In this document: positions 43,956-58,086 of the stretch, piece after piece
Position numbering within the stretch: the stretch's first letter is position 1
Layout of the letters: every line of letters begins with the position of its first letter
Source of the DNA: the human T2T-CHM13v2.0 reference genome, Homo sapiens
Reading direction: 5' to 3' (one strand)
Assembly: GCF_009914755.1 (NCBI RefSeq)
Contig: NC_060930.1
DNA length: 64,000 nucleotides
Notes under the pieces: generated by a model
Seen by the model: the letters and a program-made list of their open reading frames with translations, nothing else
Told to the model about the DNA's origin: nothing
Databases searched by the model: none
Translations under genes and position numbers: made by a program

Positions 43956-44250
43956 GGCCGGGTGTGGTGGCTCACGCCTGTAATCCCAGCACCTTGGGAG
44001 GCCAAGGCGGGTCGATCACCTGAGGTCAGGAGTTCGAGACCAGCCTGACCAACAGGTGAAACCCCATCTCTACTAAAAATTCAAAAATTAGCCGGGTGTG
44101 GTGGCGTGCGCGTGTAATCCCAGCTACTCAGGAGGCTGAGGCAGGAGAATCACTTGAATCTGGGAGGCGGAGTTTGCAGTGAGCAGAGATCATGCCATTG
44201 TACCCCAGCCTGGGCAACAAGAGCAAAACTCCATCTCAAAAGTAAAAGAA
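43956..44250 (+). mobile_element. AluSq/Sp-like
   Basis: Full sense Alu, cagcctgaccaac, gggcaacaagagcaaaactcc. Confidence 0.94.
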
Positions 44251-44538
44251 GAATGAAAAGTATAGTATCGTAAATACATAAACCAGCAACATAGTTGTTT
44301 ATTATCACTATCGAGTATTCTGGGCTGAACATCACTGCATGAGCTAGACTTTCATATGGCTAGCAGCACGGCAGGGTTGTTGACACCATCTTTGCCACAA
44401 ACACTGGAGTCATGCCCTGTGCTTTGATGTTACCATGGTTATGACGTCACGAGGCAATAGGAATTTTTCAGCTCCATTATTTTACAGGACCTCAGTCATA
44501 TATGTGGTCTGTGGTTGACCAAAACATTGTGACATGGT

Positions 44539-44955
<417 letters not shown>

Positions 44956-45218
44956 TTAGAGAGGTCATGTCCTCATCTCAGCTGGAGAGCATCTGCTGTG
45001 GAGAGGACCTGGCTGCTTCCAGACCTCTCTGCCTGACCCCTGACTCTTGATGACCTGTGTCCTCAGAATGACCAGGAAGGCTTGACACTGAGCAGAATCT
45101 CTAATTCACCTGAGATTGATTTGACAATCTCATCCTTTGTGTCACTTCAATTTGCAGATCGTTCCATTATTGGCAGCTACTTTTCTTAACTTTTTCCAAG
45201 TTGCATTTGATAAATTTT

Positions 45219-45845
45219 TTCATTCATTCATTCATTCTCTCATTCACTCTCTCAACATATATTTATTGTATGCCTACTTCATGCCAGATACTCTTCTAAG
45301 TGTGGGGGATATAGCAGTGAACAAAAAAGACAAAAATCCCTGCCTTCATGGAGCTTACCTTCCAGTGGGGAATGATAGGCAACAAATACCAGTAGGAAAG
45401 TCAATGATGTTAGAAGGTAGAAGTCATGAGTATCACCGGAGAATAAAAAGCAGGATAAGAGAGATGAGGAATGCAGTGGGAGGTGTAACGATTCCAAATG
45501 AAGTGGCTAGGGTCAGCTTTCATGAGAAAGTGACATTTGATCAAGTGCCAGAAGAAGGGGAGCCATGTGAATGCTGGGGGAGACCTTTGTGGACAGAGGG
45601 AGTGGCTGGGGAGGTGGGAGACTGTGTGGTCAGTTTGAAGCACAGACGTGTCCTGTGTGGCTGGACAGAGGACGGCAGAGGCCCGGAGGGGTGAGCTGGT
45701 GTTCGCTCACAGATCATTGAAGGCTTTAGGGGTCATTGGGAAGGCTTGAGTTTTCCTCTGAGTAACATGAGGAGATCTGGGAAGATTTTGAGCAAAGGCG
45801 TGACATGTCTTGACTTGCGTTTTTAAAGGATTGCTTTGACTACTA
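45219..45845 (-). mobile_element. L2a
   Basis: (cattc)n then atatttattgtatgcctac...gatatagcagtgaacaaaaaagacaaaaatccctgccttcatggagcttac. Confidence 0.85.
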
Positions 45846-46019
45846 TTCATTTTTAACCAGAATTCACCTGAAAAACCTGTGGGAGTGAAAGGTGGTGGGC
45901 AGGGCCCTGGAGGGAGCGGCAACACTTTAGAGGCAGGTTTATGCAAAACTTGCTCAGAGAATGGGGTGCAAGAAGTCTTCATGGAAGACATATAAATTTG
46001 TCCTGAGCATCATTTTAAA

Positions 46020-47480
46020 TAAAACTTTGTTAATTTTGAAATATAGCACACTTAAAGAAGAAGGTGCGTAAATCATAAATACGCTGCTTAATGAAATATA
46101 ATAAAGCAAATACTCCAGCCTTAGAGGCGCCCGTGTGCCCCTTTCTAATCACAGCTCCCAGTCTACTCCCCAAAGGCAACCAGTTTCCAGACTCTCATGG
46201 TGGTCACTTCCTTGCTTACTTTATCTTTTACCATCTATGTGTGGATACTGATGCTCTGTATTTTTGCCTACTTTGTTGGGTGTCTGGCTTCTTTCTCTCA
46301 AGTTTATGTGAGTGACTCATCCAGGTTGTTGTTTGAGGCTGTGGTTTGTTTTCATTGCTATACATTTCATTGTGTGACTCTCCTTCAATTTTTTTCACCT
46401 GTTCTACTGTTGACAGATATTTGGATTGTCCCCTGCTATGAATATCCTTGTACAAATCTGATGTCCACATGCAGCCATGTCTGTTAAACCTATAACCCAG
46501 GACTAGAGCTGCAGGGTTGTAAAGTATATAGATATATTCATCTTTAGCAGATTACATTAGTTTTTTTGTTTGTTTGCTTGCTTGTTTTTTTGAGACAGAA
46601 TCTTGCTCTGTCTCCTAGGCTGGAAGGCAGTAGCGCAATCATGGCTCACTGTAGCTTCAACCTCCTGGGCTCAAGTGATCTCACTTCAGCCTCCCAAGCA
46701 GCCGAGTAGCTGAGACTACATGTGTGGGCCACCAGGCCTGATTTTTTTTTTTTTTAGAGACAGGTTCTTGCTTTGTTGCCCAGGCTAGTTTCAAACTCCT
46801 CACCTCAAGGAATCTTCCCACTGTGGCCTCCCAAAGTGTTGGGATTGCAGGTGTGAGCCACTGCGTCAGGTCAGATTCTTATTATTAGTAGTAGACTATC
46901 TCTTCCAGAATGATTGTATCAATGTACACTCTTTCCAGATGTGTGTCGGAATTATCCTTGATATATATTCTTGTCTATACTTGACATGTTACTCTTTTTA
47001 ATTTTAGCGATTCTGCAGGGTATATAGTGACACCTCAAAAAGTGGTTTTAATTTGCATTTCCTGTGTTACAAAGGAGTTACACACCTTTTCACATATTTA
47101 TTGTCCATTCGCATAGCCTCTTTTGTGAAGTCTTTGGTAAGTCTACTGCTTATTTTCTATTGGCGAATCTTTTTCTTGTTGATTTGTAGGGCTTAAAAAA
47201 ATTCAGGATATGAACAGGTCATGAATGACAAGTAGCCTGTCTCACTCTCTGGCTTAGCTTTTCATTCTCTTATTGATGTCTTTTGAAGACCAAATATTCT
47301 TAATTTTAATGTGGCCATATATTTATCAATCTTTTCCTTTATGGTTTGTGCCTTTATGTTTTATTTTAAAAAATCTTTCTCTTCTTTCTATATTATCTTA
47401 TAAAGTCGTTCTATTTTGCCTTTCACATTTAATCTAGAATACAACTGGATTGATTTTTATGTATGATATGAGGCAGAAAT
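46020..47480 (-). mobile_element. Old L1ME/MD 3' region interrupted by AluJ
   Basis: gtggttttaatttgcatttcc...catatttattgtccattcgcatagcctcttttgtgaagt. Confidence 0.75.
46561..46872 (-). mobile_element. AluJ
   Basis: atcatggctcactgtagcttcaacctcctgggctcaag. Confidence 0.9.
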
Positions 47481-47482
47481 GC

Positions 47483-47612
47483 TCCCTTCCACTCTCCCTT
47501 CCTCCTCCCTCCCTTCGTTCCTTCTTTCCTCCCTTTCTTCGTTTTTCTCCTTCTTTTCTTTCCTCCCCCCCTTCCTTCTTTTCTTTCTTTTTGAATTCTT
47601 TCCTCCCTGCTC
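47483..47612. repeat. CT-rich low complexity
   Basis: Polypyrimidine tract. Confidence 0.8.
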
Positions 47613-47738
47613 TTCAGTGTCATCTCTACCATAAATCAAGTGCCTATAGATACATGGGTGATTGTCCTTCAGATTTCATTCTAAACTAGCTCATTTGCCT
47701 TTTCCTTTGAAAGAAAAGTCTAAACACCAGAAGTCTGA

Positions 47739-47890
47739 CAGTGGTTCTCAAATTTGGCAGAGGTTTGGAATGATGAAGATACAGAAGCCTGGGTCCCACC
47801 TCCAGGGATTCTATCTGGTTGGGCTGGGACGTGGTCTGGTCATCAGGATCTTTAAACCTCTCTGATGGGCAACTATGGCTGAGGCTCAGG
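47739..47890. mobile_element. MER5A-like hAT-Charlie element
   Basis: cagtggttctcaaattt...gcctgggtcccacctccagggattct...ttgggctggg. Confidence 0.7.
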
Positions 47891-47924
47891 GGAAAGGAAG
47901 ACAGGGAGAGCACACTGTTATCAT

Positions 47925-48492
47925 TATGGTTGCCCCATAAAAGGCAGGATTCCTGGTGAAGGCTGAATTCCAGATCATTAACAAATAACTTTTTAGTATG
48001 AATGTGTCCCAAACAGGGCATGAGACATACTTATGCTAAATAATTACACGGTGTACCTGACATTTGTATTTAACTGAGTGTTCTTTCTCTCTCTCTATAA
48101 AACTATTTTTTATATATATATTATATATATAAAAATAGTTATATGTGTGTATATATATAATATACATATATATTTATACATATATTTTTCGAGACAGAGT
48201 CTCACTCTGTTGCCCAGGCTGGAGTGTGCAATGGCGCAATCTCGGCTCACTGCAACCTCCACTTCCTGGGTTCAAGTGATTCTCCTGCCTCAGCCTCCTG
48301 AGTAGGTGGGATTACAGGTGTGCGCCATAATGCCTGGCTAATTTTTTTTTGTATTTTTAGTAGAGACAGGGTTTTGCTAGTTGGCCAGGCTGGTCTCCAA
48401 TTCCTGACCTCAAGTGTCTGCCTGCCTGCTGGCATGAGCCACCATGCCTGGCCTGTGTTCTATATTTTTATTTGCTGCATCTGGCAATACTT
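47925..48492. mobile_element. MER53 MITE interrupted by Alu
   Basis: tatggttgcc...tttttagtatgaatgtgtccc...gacatacttatgctaaa...tttatttgctgcatctggcaatact; near-perfect 8 bp TSD gttatca(t/a). Confidence 0.75.
48084..48453 (-). mobile_element. AluS with (TA)n-converted tail and internal deletion
   Basis: Alu body 48185-48453, AT microsatellite ~48095-48185, TSD gtgttct. Confidence 0.9.
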
Positions 48493-49399
48493 GTTATCAA
48501 AAAATGATTCCTTACACTCTGACCTTGTTGGAACCACGGTCTTCATGGTGCTGTGCAGGGCTGCTCTTGTTGGGTTGATTTCTCTTTATGTCTCCAGCTG
48601 CCTGAGTAGCTCCTGACTATTCCATGAAACAAAATACTCATAATGGACTACCTGGTGGCATTACAAAAAAATGTCACTTGCCTTAATGGGGTTTCAGACT
48701 TAAGAAGGCAAATTTAAGAATAAACAATTGGGGCAACATTCTTTGGAGAATGAACAATGAAAAGACTGACAGAAAATGAAAAACTGTCACAGAAAAATGA
48801 AAGACTGACAGAGCAAAGATTCACAAAGTCAATGATTTATACATGGTACAATTAAAACCAACAGAGGGAATCATGAGCACCTTCCTTCTCATTTTTCTGG
48901 ACTAGACTAAGTGAAGTAGTTTAATTAGTTGGGTGACTCATAGATAGGACGGTGTCACAGATGGTCAGTTTGTAGAAACAGACAACAGAACCTCCCCCTT
49001 CCTTCCCATGTCTGTAGATGTATGCATGCCTAAGTCTCTACCATCACTGGAGAGTCTGTCCTTCACTGCTCAGCCTGGCAGGTGTTGCTCTTGAGTCCCT
49101 TGGAAGGTTCTAGAAGGAAAAGACCTCTCACTCCCCAACTTGGACTGTCGCTGTTGTGTGATCATGAGGCTTAGAATCCCTCACAGCAGTAGTTTTGCTG
49201 CTGGCTTGTCATAGTATCAAGAAATTATTCCACTCCCACGTTTTTTGGGGATTCCTGACTCTTGCTAAGCGCTGAAATGCCCACTTATTCTCAACTTTGA
49301 GAGATTATGTTGTCTTGAAGGCAGAAAAGGGTACATGTATGAATAAATGGTTGAGGCTGAGTTCATTATACTGGTGGCGCTTTTTTCAGAACATTGTCC

Positions 49400-49590
49400 C
49401 TTTCTTATAGCATCCTATTTGATTTTAACAGTAACCCTGCCTGCTGGGTAAGTAGGGCAGGCATTACTTCCCTTCCTTTACAGATGAGAAAATAAACTCA
49501 GTACAGTTAAATAATTGCATAAAGTGATACAGCTAGTAAATGACAGGTAGAGAACACAGGTCCTTTGGCTCCTAATGTCTTGCTTTTTCT
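49400..49590 (-). mobile_element. MIR
   Basis: tttacagatgagaaaataaactcagtacagttaaataattgcataaagtgatacagctagtaaatg. Confidence 0.7.
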
Positions 49591-49624
49591 AGTATTAGTA
49601 CTCCCTGACAGAGCACTACCTAAA

Positions 49625-50105
<481 letters not shown>

Positions 50106-50384
50106 TAGAATTCTTCATTAAAGTTCTGGGGATCCCAGCCACTTTGGGAAGCAGCACAAATAAATGTAAGTGGAAATATTTGCTACATCTTTTGCAAAAA
50201 TTGTTGTTATTTATAGTTAGCTTCTCAAAATTAAGTTGCCAGGTGGAAACATAAAAGTGAGTAAATTATTGTCCATTTGTTTGGACAATAATTGTTTTGG
50301 ACTTGTTTGACACCAAAGCATGTCTACTTTTGGTGTCAGTGGGGACTAGTTGAAGAAGAGGTCTCTCTCTTTTAGGTTTTGGTC

Positions 50385-50675
50385 AATTTAATCCATTTAT
50401 CTAATGAATGTTTACTGAAAATCTATAATATACCAGGTACTGTGCTGAACACTGGAGTTAAAGAGTTGGATGAGACACAGTCCTTAGAGAGAGACTCATA
50501 GTTTACTAAGTAGACTAACACGCAAATCTATAGATTATAATACATGTGATTGACGGATTAATAGGGATGTGGATTCCATGTTCTGGGAGCACAGAAGAGG
50601 GAAGATTCTGCTCTACTGGGGTCAAGACAAACTCCACAAGACGAGGCAGGGTCTTGCCTTGAGTTTTCTTGGATG
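50385..50675 (-). mobile_element. L2
   Basis: aatgaatgtttactgaaa...ccaggtactgtgctgaacactggag...tgagacacagtcct. Confidence 0.7.
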
Positions 50676-51949
50676 TTGATGAGCCTCCAGCCTTCACTCT
50701 GTATTGTATTGACAACTTCAGGACCACTCATCCCTTTCCTGCAGGGCCAACTCAGAAGACAAATATCATTCAAAACTGAAGTTAAATGGCTGGTGCCTCC
50801 CAGCCTGCTGGGTTTCCCACATCCATCGCTTCCTAGGGAATACCTGAAAATGAGGTCAGCACGAACCAGGTGGGCTCTGAGCTTGGGTCCAGCCAGCCCC
50901 TTTCGTAGTTTGGAGGAGAAAGGCGGTTATTATGCTAGAAGCCCACAGAGCCCACAGTGCACCTCTTCTGTGTTTCAAGAAGGCTGTTTTTGTATTTGCA
51001 GCCTGGTTTCAGGTGTGTGGATGTCAGAGAGATTGATGCCATCTTCAGTGACCTGTGATCACACATCCTTACAGCCCTCCATCTTTCTGCCTTGCTTAGC
51101 AAATTCCACGGACAATAACGCCAAATAGAGCCTTTGGAAAAGGGCACCAAGGACAAACCTGGCCTGTTTAGAATCTAACTTCGAGTCACTCTTCTCAGTT
51201 CTTTACTCCCCTCAATTAAATTGGTTATTTGTAGAGTTTCCCTGTCTTATTTAATACAGTTTTAATTTCTTTTCTCTCTATCATTACTCTTTCTACCCTC
51301 TCTTCCTCCTACTCCCCCTCTTTCAACCAAATTGCCTAAACCATTTTTCACCCTTTGCTTTGATGGCAACCAGTATAAATAAAACCAGAGCAGCAGCAAG
51401 TACCCCAGGAGAGGGGCGAGGGGTCACCGAAGCTGCCCTTGGAGGGCTTGGCTGGGCTTTCTGAAGTCAGATGGGCAGCTTGTTTCATGCCCCAAATTCC
51501 TTTCTGTTATCCTCCCTGCAGGCAATGTTTTTGTTTTTACTGTGGTTCAGCTCCCTGGAATGCAGAGCTCTTTTTAAAAGCTGACTGAGTGGAGAGGCTT
51601 GTGTCTGGGTAGCCTTTCTCTTGACCTGGAGAGAGAACTTGGGGGTGGGGAAGGAAGGGGTGGATAGAGTCCAGAGGAAGAAGTGGCTTTCTAAGACAGC
51701 AGCACTGAGTGTGTTTTATCTCTGAGATTGGTGACTCTGTTTCATCCATGAAGATGGGTTTGCTTGTTAATGTAACTTCCTGTTTTGGAGGTGTCACTCA
51801 AAAATATTAAAGCTTTTAGCATTTGAGCTCTGGAGGAAAAATGATTTTTGTGTGCCTGGGTGCCTGAAACAATCCAGGTCTACTGAATTCTGATTTTGAA
51901 TGCCTGAATAAAGATGAGAAAATCAAAGCAGACAAAGAAATAAACATGT

Positions 51950-52160
51950 CTTGACTGCTTTTCCTGTGCCAGGACTTTTACCTACACGTCTAATTTAATT
52001 GTACAGTAGCAGCCCTCTGAGTTGCTGTTAGCGTTCTCATGTTACCGATGCCAAAGCTTGGGTCCAGGAAGCTTAGGAAGCGAGCACAGAGCTGGCGAGG
52101 GGCACAGGCGGGACTCTTCATCCGACCGTCCACTCGCCGAAGAGATAGCATTTGTGTCTT
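51950..52160 (-). mobile_element. MIR (diverged)
   Basis: tgtgccaggactttta...atttaatt...agccctctgag...ctcatgttaccgatg. Confidence 0.5.
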
Positions 52161-52342
52161 ACCAACTTCAGGGAGGTGTACACATTTTGCTCTGTTACTA
52201 GCAAATGCTACATACTAGACTCTCACTACAACATTATTAGGTGTGCCTGAACAGAAATGGCACCTGCAAATAGAGCTTTATGTAGAAAACTGAAGGGCAT
52301 GATAAAGGTTGGATGTGCTAAGCGCTTCTTAAAATCTTTCTG

Positions 52343-52547
52343 CTTCCCTCCCTCCCTTCCTTCCTTCTTCCCTGTCTCCCTCCCTCCCTCCTTTACTTTC
52401 CTCTCTTTTCTCTTTTTTCCTTCTTTCCTTTTCCTCCTTTCTTCCTTCCCTCATGTCTCCTTTCTCCCTCCCCCCTCTTTCCCTCCCTCCCCTCCCCTCT
52501 TTCCCTTCCCTTCCCTTCCCTTCTTTTCCCTTCCCTTCTCTTCCCTC
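52343..52547. repeat. (CCTT)/(CCCT)-rich polypyrimidine tract
   Basis: ~200 bp nearly pure C/T. Confidence 0.9.
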
Positions 52548-52589
52548 CAGTTTCACTTGCTATAGAGATATGACGTACACACAGTTCAA

Positions 52590-52830
52590 AGACTGAGCAT
52601 ACATCATATCAAGGACACAGTTCCTGTCCTTGAGGAGTATCTGTCCATCTAGGGGGAGGCCATATAAGCAAATTGCTCTGATGTCCCATGGCAAGTTCTG
52701 TTGCAGAGGTTTACATTCAGTTCTGCAAACAGAGATGAGGGAGCAAGTAATTTTGCTTGGGGAAGTTAGGGGAAGATAAAGAGAGGAAGTGCCATTTCAT
52801 CTGGGCCTTGAATATTGGGGAAACATTTAC
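52590..52830 (-). mobile_element. L2
   Basis: gacacagttcctgtccttgaggag...tctagggggaggc...ctgggccttgaa. Confidence 0.6.
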
Positions 52831-53321
52831 TGGGGGCTAGGGAAAAGGCATGTTATAGGAGATGAAAATGCACTTTAATTCAGGGGCACAAATAGGACCA
52901 GGATGGTTGGATTTCAAGTACAGTGTGAGGGCTGAGGCTGGGAAGGCAGCCCTCGGGTTAAGTCTTCTCCTCTGGAAGGGCTTGGGAAGATATTTTGGGA
53001 AGAAATAGAGTTTGACATGAGTCCTGGGGTCTGGGTAAAATTTTGAATTATCACAGGAGTCCAAATGTCCCTGGGGAGTGGGGCTGTAAAGTCTACACTT
53101 TCATTCTCTTCTCTGACCCATGGACATTTTGCACAGGGCAGTGTAACAAGTCACTCGCCTCACAGAGCCCTCTGGGAAAATCCCGCAGAAATTCGGAAGT
53201 CATCTCTTCCTACTTGCAGTGGATACCAGACTCTTTCTCAAAAAGCTGAGCCCATTCATGTAATAGAATTGCCCTTGAAGAAATACCGGAAGTTATTGGG
53301 AAAGAATTTTTATTTTTGTCG

Positions 53322-53887
53322 TGTGGAAATAAATGAAGAAAAATCAAATGAGAATAAGCAAAGGCTGTTTACTTACTCAGAACGTGCTATGAGCAAGTCA
53401 GCTGCCATCACTTGTCTTTTGGCAGAAACTCAGAGGCAGGCAGAGGAGTGGGGAAGCTTCATAGTGGGGGAAAGGGAAGGCTCGGAGAGTGTGCTGATTG
53501 GAGGCTGCTGGTGCGGGAAGCTGGAGGGGGCTCACTGGAAGTGAGGTGTCCCATGGGATTTGGTAGAGTGCAACTTGGCTTTCTCTGCTTGGTCCTCAGA
53601 AATAGGGACAGAAATTAGAAAAACTGTCAGTTTTTAATTAAGTCCTGGCCCTTTTGGAGCAAATGTTACAACGGTTTTTGTTTTGCTTCCTGGATGGTTA
53701 CTAGAGATAGCGTCTGACTTCCTAAAAGTCTGTGTCATAGACATCAGGCTGGCTTCCTGGGCTGGCTCCTGCAGATGATGGGTTGGTTTCCTGGGCTGGT
53801 TGCATAGATTGTGGGTCACTTTTTAAAAAATGTATGTCTGCTTATTTGTATATTCACCCTCTGTCTATTTGTATTTTCAGTCTCTCA
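53322..53887 (-). mobile_element. MER67-like ERV1 solo LTR
   Basis: tgtggaaataaa...gcaaaggct...aggctggcttcctgggctgg...ttttcagtctctca; TSD gtc(g/c). Confidence 0.7.
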
Positions 53888-56088
53888 GTCCATATACCTA
53901 TGTGAAATAAGAGATCATCTCTGGATTTCAGGTGGGCACTATGATTGGAGTGTGTCTGGTAATCACATAAGGAGCTGCACACAGAGCTGAAGAGTGCAGG
54001 CCAAGTTGTGTGGGTGTTCACAAGGGTGCCAGGCTGTTGGGGCCGGCGTGGGGCTGAACTCGAGCCTGCTGCTCATAGGGGCAGCATGCCTGGAGGAAGC
54101 AACTTTGTTAGGACAGCTCTGGAAATGTCCTACATGAATGGTTTGGCTTCTCTATTCCTTTTGACAGACAGTAGCTTGGACTCCATCCCAATAAAATGTT
54201 TGACCTCTCTCAGATGGAAAACAGAAGCTGGAAGCTTATCGTTGCTACTGGAAATAAAGACCAGAGAAGAAAAGACACTTTTTTTTGATGAGACCTTATA
54301 ACAGATGTGCTGCTTAGGCAGAGCAACATATGACTTTAATAGAAAAGGAACTTTCCTCTTCTCCACCCACCCTCAGTTTTGGAAGGTTTGATTGAAAAGG
54401 GGAAACTCTCTTTTTTTTTTTTCCTTTAACTAGTATCAGGTGTCTTACTGAGGTGGTTGGGTAAAATAGTCAAAATATTTTTACAACAGCTGTAAACGGT
54501 TTTACAATACACTTACTGTTTATGAGGAAGGCTGACGTGTTGGGGAGTTTTCATGGTTGTGATGGGCGCAGAGCAAGCAACCAGCATTTCTTAGGGGGTT
54601 TTGCTAAAAGGCGTTAATCCTGGTCACAAAGCCAAGTATAAAATTTTAGTGGCTTCTGAAACTGTCGCCTTTTTTTATGTCCCCTGTCTGAAGCTCTCTG
54701 GGAACCAATTGAGTCTGACACAGCTAAACATGTTTGCTTCTGTGAACTGTGTTTATGAGGCCATGTTCACTTAGAGGCAGAGGGAAGATGGGAAAAGAAA
54801 GTGGAAATATTGCTTTTAAGTAATGAGTGAAGTAAAACAATATTACTAGTGTTTTGTGTAACTTTCTAATTTAAATTGAAGGGGTTTTTCCCCAAGTCAA
54901 ATGGCATCTTTTTACATAGAAAAATTTAACAATTGAAAAATTGAAAAAAAGTAAATGAAGATAAGGATCTGCTTTTTAAAAAGGCAAGGATAAAGATATA
55001 ATGAAATAGCATATATCAACTTCTTTTGCAGGGTCAGGGAGTAAATTTACATTATTAGCGTCATCTTTAATAGTCTATTGAAAATAACATAGTTTAATGA
55101 TCTTAATAATATAAATTCTTGGGAATTAACAATTTTCTAGAAAATTGTAAAGAAGTTCTCATTAAATGGACACCCACAAGCAATACTGAGAGATGATTAC
55201 AATTCAGCAGGAGTTCTTTAGAAAGCAACCGTGAAATATGGCTACAACAATTTTGTTCTTATCTATGTTAAGGATACTGTATAATCCTGAATGATGAAGG
55301 TACAAATGGTGCGTTGAAATGGAAAATTCAATTTCTTACTCTATGTTCAGGGGAAAAGTATTCCTGAGAGTTTACCTCCTAGCTTTTTTATGACACCAAA
55401 CAACAGAGATTGTAAAGGGTCAAGGGAGAGGAAACAAATGAGAATGTTTAACTTGTCTGAAAGGCAAGTGACACTTATTATCTGTTCATTTTGCATTCTG
55501 AAGTTACTTTGTTTTTTAAAACAGGACATGAGTATTTCCACTGGATCTGAAATTAGAAGAGGGAAAATATTTTTCAAAAATCCATCAAATTGGTAGGCTA
55601 TGTCAGAGAGTTGCTGTGCAGTCTTACAATGTGTATCTTCCTTTTCTCAGTTAAGGAGGATAATCCACTGTTCCCTTTATTGGTCTGTTATGAGGATCTA
55701 TTGGAAGTGACTGCCTTGTCAGTTATTCGTTCAGTCAAACGAATGAATACCCATGTTCCGGGAACCAGGCATGTTGGTGGGGTACAATGTAACACATGCC
55801 CCACCCTCATGCAGCTCACACGTTGAGAATGTCTAGAAAAAAGCATAGGGCAGTCACGATTCAGTGCTGCCAATTCTACCACGGCAGGAATTTTACCCAA
55901 ATACAGAAGGGCCATAATCACTCTCTTTAAAAAATTGCCTTGCCTTATTGTTTAATTTTTTAAATTATATAAATTTTTTTCTTCAACTTTTATTTTAAGC
56001 TCAGGGCTACATGTGCAGGATGTACAGGTTTGCTACATAGGTAAACATGTGCCATAGTGGTTTGCTGCACAGATCAACTGTTACCCAG

Positions 56089-56466
<378 letters not shown>

Positions 56467-57146
56467 ATGTTACCCAGGTATTAAGCCCAGCATATACTAG
56501 CTATTCTTCCTGGTGCTCTCCATTCTTCCCCTCAGCCCCCACCCACCGACAGGCCCCAACCAGTGTGCGTTGTTCCCCACAACGTGTCCATGTGTTCTCA
56601 TCATTTAGCTCCCACTTATAAGTGAGAATATGTTGTGTTTGGTTTTCTGTTCTTGTGTTAGTTTGCTGAGGATAATGGCTTCGAGCTCCATCCACGTCCC
56701 CACAAAGGACATGATCTCATTCATTTTTATGGCTGTATCATATTCCATGGTGTATATGTGCCACATTTTCTTTATTCAGTCTATCATTGACGGGCATTTA
56801 GGTTGATTCCATGTCTTTGCTATTGTGAATAGTGCTGCGGTGAACATGCACATGCATGTATCTTTGTAATAGATGATTTATATTTCTTTGGGTATATACC
56901 CAATAATGGGATTGCTGGGTCAAATGATGTTTCTGCTCTAGGTCTCTGAGGAATCGCCACACTGTCTTTCACAATGGTTGAACTAATTTACATTCCCACC
57001 AACAATGTAAAAGCATTCCTTTTTCTCCACAACCTGCCAGCATCTGTTGTTTTTTGACTTTTTAGTAATTGCCATTCTGACGGGTGTGAGATGGTATCTC
57101 ATTGTGGCTTTGATTTGCATTTCTCTAATTATCAGTGATGTTGAGC

Positions 57147-57458
57147 TTTTTTTCTTTCTTTTCTTTTTTTTTTTTTTGAGACGGAGTCTCGCTCTTTCGC
57201 CCAGGCTGGAGTGCGGTGGCGCAATCTCGGCTCACTGCAAGCTCCGCCTCCCGAGTTCACGCCGTTTTCCTGCCTCAGCCTGAGGAGTAGCTGGGACTAC
57301 AGGCGCCCGCCACAGTGCCCAGCTAAGTTTTTGTATTTTTAGTAGAGACAGGGTTTCACCGTGTTAGCCAGGATAGTCTCGATCTCCTGACCTCGTGATC
57401 CGCCTGCCTCGGCCTCCCAAAGTGCTGGGATTACAGGCGTGAGCCACCGCGCCTGGCC
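57147..57458 (-). mobile_element. AluY
   Basis: Y diagnostics; TSD tgagctttttt. Confidence 0.95.
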
Positions 57459-57714
57459 TGAGCTTTTTTTCATATGTTTGTTGGCCACATGTATACCTCC
57501 TTTTGGGAAGTGTCTGTTCATGTCCTTTGACCACTTTTTAATGGGGCTATTTGTTTTTTTTCTTGTAAATTTGCTTAAGTTCCTTGTAAACTCTGGATAT
57601 TAGACCTTTGTCAGATGGCTAGATTGCAAGCATTTTCTCCCATTCTGTAGGTTGCCTGTTCACTCTGATGATAGTTTCTTTTGCTGTGCAGAAGCTCTTT
57701 AGCTTAATTAGGTC

Positions 57715-58086
57715 CTAATTGTCAATTTTTGCTTCTGTTGCAATTGCTTTTGGCATTTTTGTCATAAAATCGTTGCCTGTGCCTTTGTCCTGAATGGTAT
57801 TGCCTAGATTTTTTTCTAGGGTTTTAATAGTTTTGGATTTTACACCTAAGTCTTTAATCTGTCTTGAGTTAATTTTTGTATAAGGTGTAAAAAAGGGGTT
57901 CAGTTTAAATTTTCTGCATATGGCTAGCCAGTTCTCCCAGCACCATTTATTAAATAGGGAATTCTTTCCCCATTGCTTGTTTTTGTCAGGTTTGTTGAAG
58001 ATCAGATGGTTGCAGGTGTGTGGTCTTATTTCTGAGTTCTCTATTCTGTTCCATTGGTCTATGTGCCTGTTCTTGTACCAGTACAA
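57715..58086 (-). pseudogene. L1 ORF2p C-terminal remnant (non-functional)
   Basis: [14 protein letters not shown]...[24 protein letters not shown] is L1 ORF2p sequence; the element is truncated and interrupted. Confidence 0.9.

Noticed and set aside
44442-44449. Full CRE palindrome TGACGTCA
   Set aside because: Isolated 8-mer inside Tigger3, plausibly a product of CpG decay; no supporting context.
45137-45694. Longest ORF (185 aa)
   Set aside because: TTG start, lies almost entirely in an antisense L2, and has no recognisable domain.
48756-48812. Three ~19 bp degenerate tandem units containing TGACAG
   Set aside because: Ordinary micro-duplication, like those at ~11577, ~19053 and ~37391; no evidence of function.
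50673-51128. 151 aa ATG ORF
   Set aside because: Composition typical of a random frame; no domain or splice support.
52343-52547. Polypyrimidine tract as an H-DNA element
   Set aside because: Common low-complexity repeat; no long perfect mirror symmetry established.
53065-53544. 159 aa ATG ORF
   Set aside because: Runs into an antisense MER67-like LTR; no protein similarity recognised.
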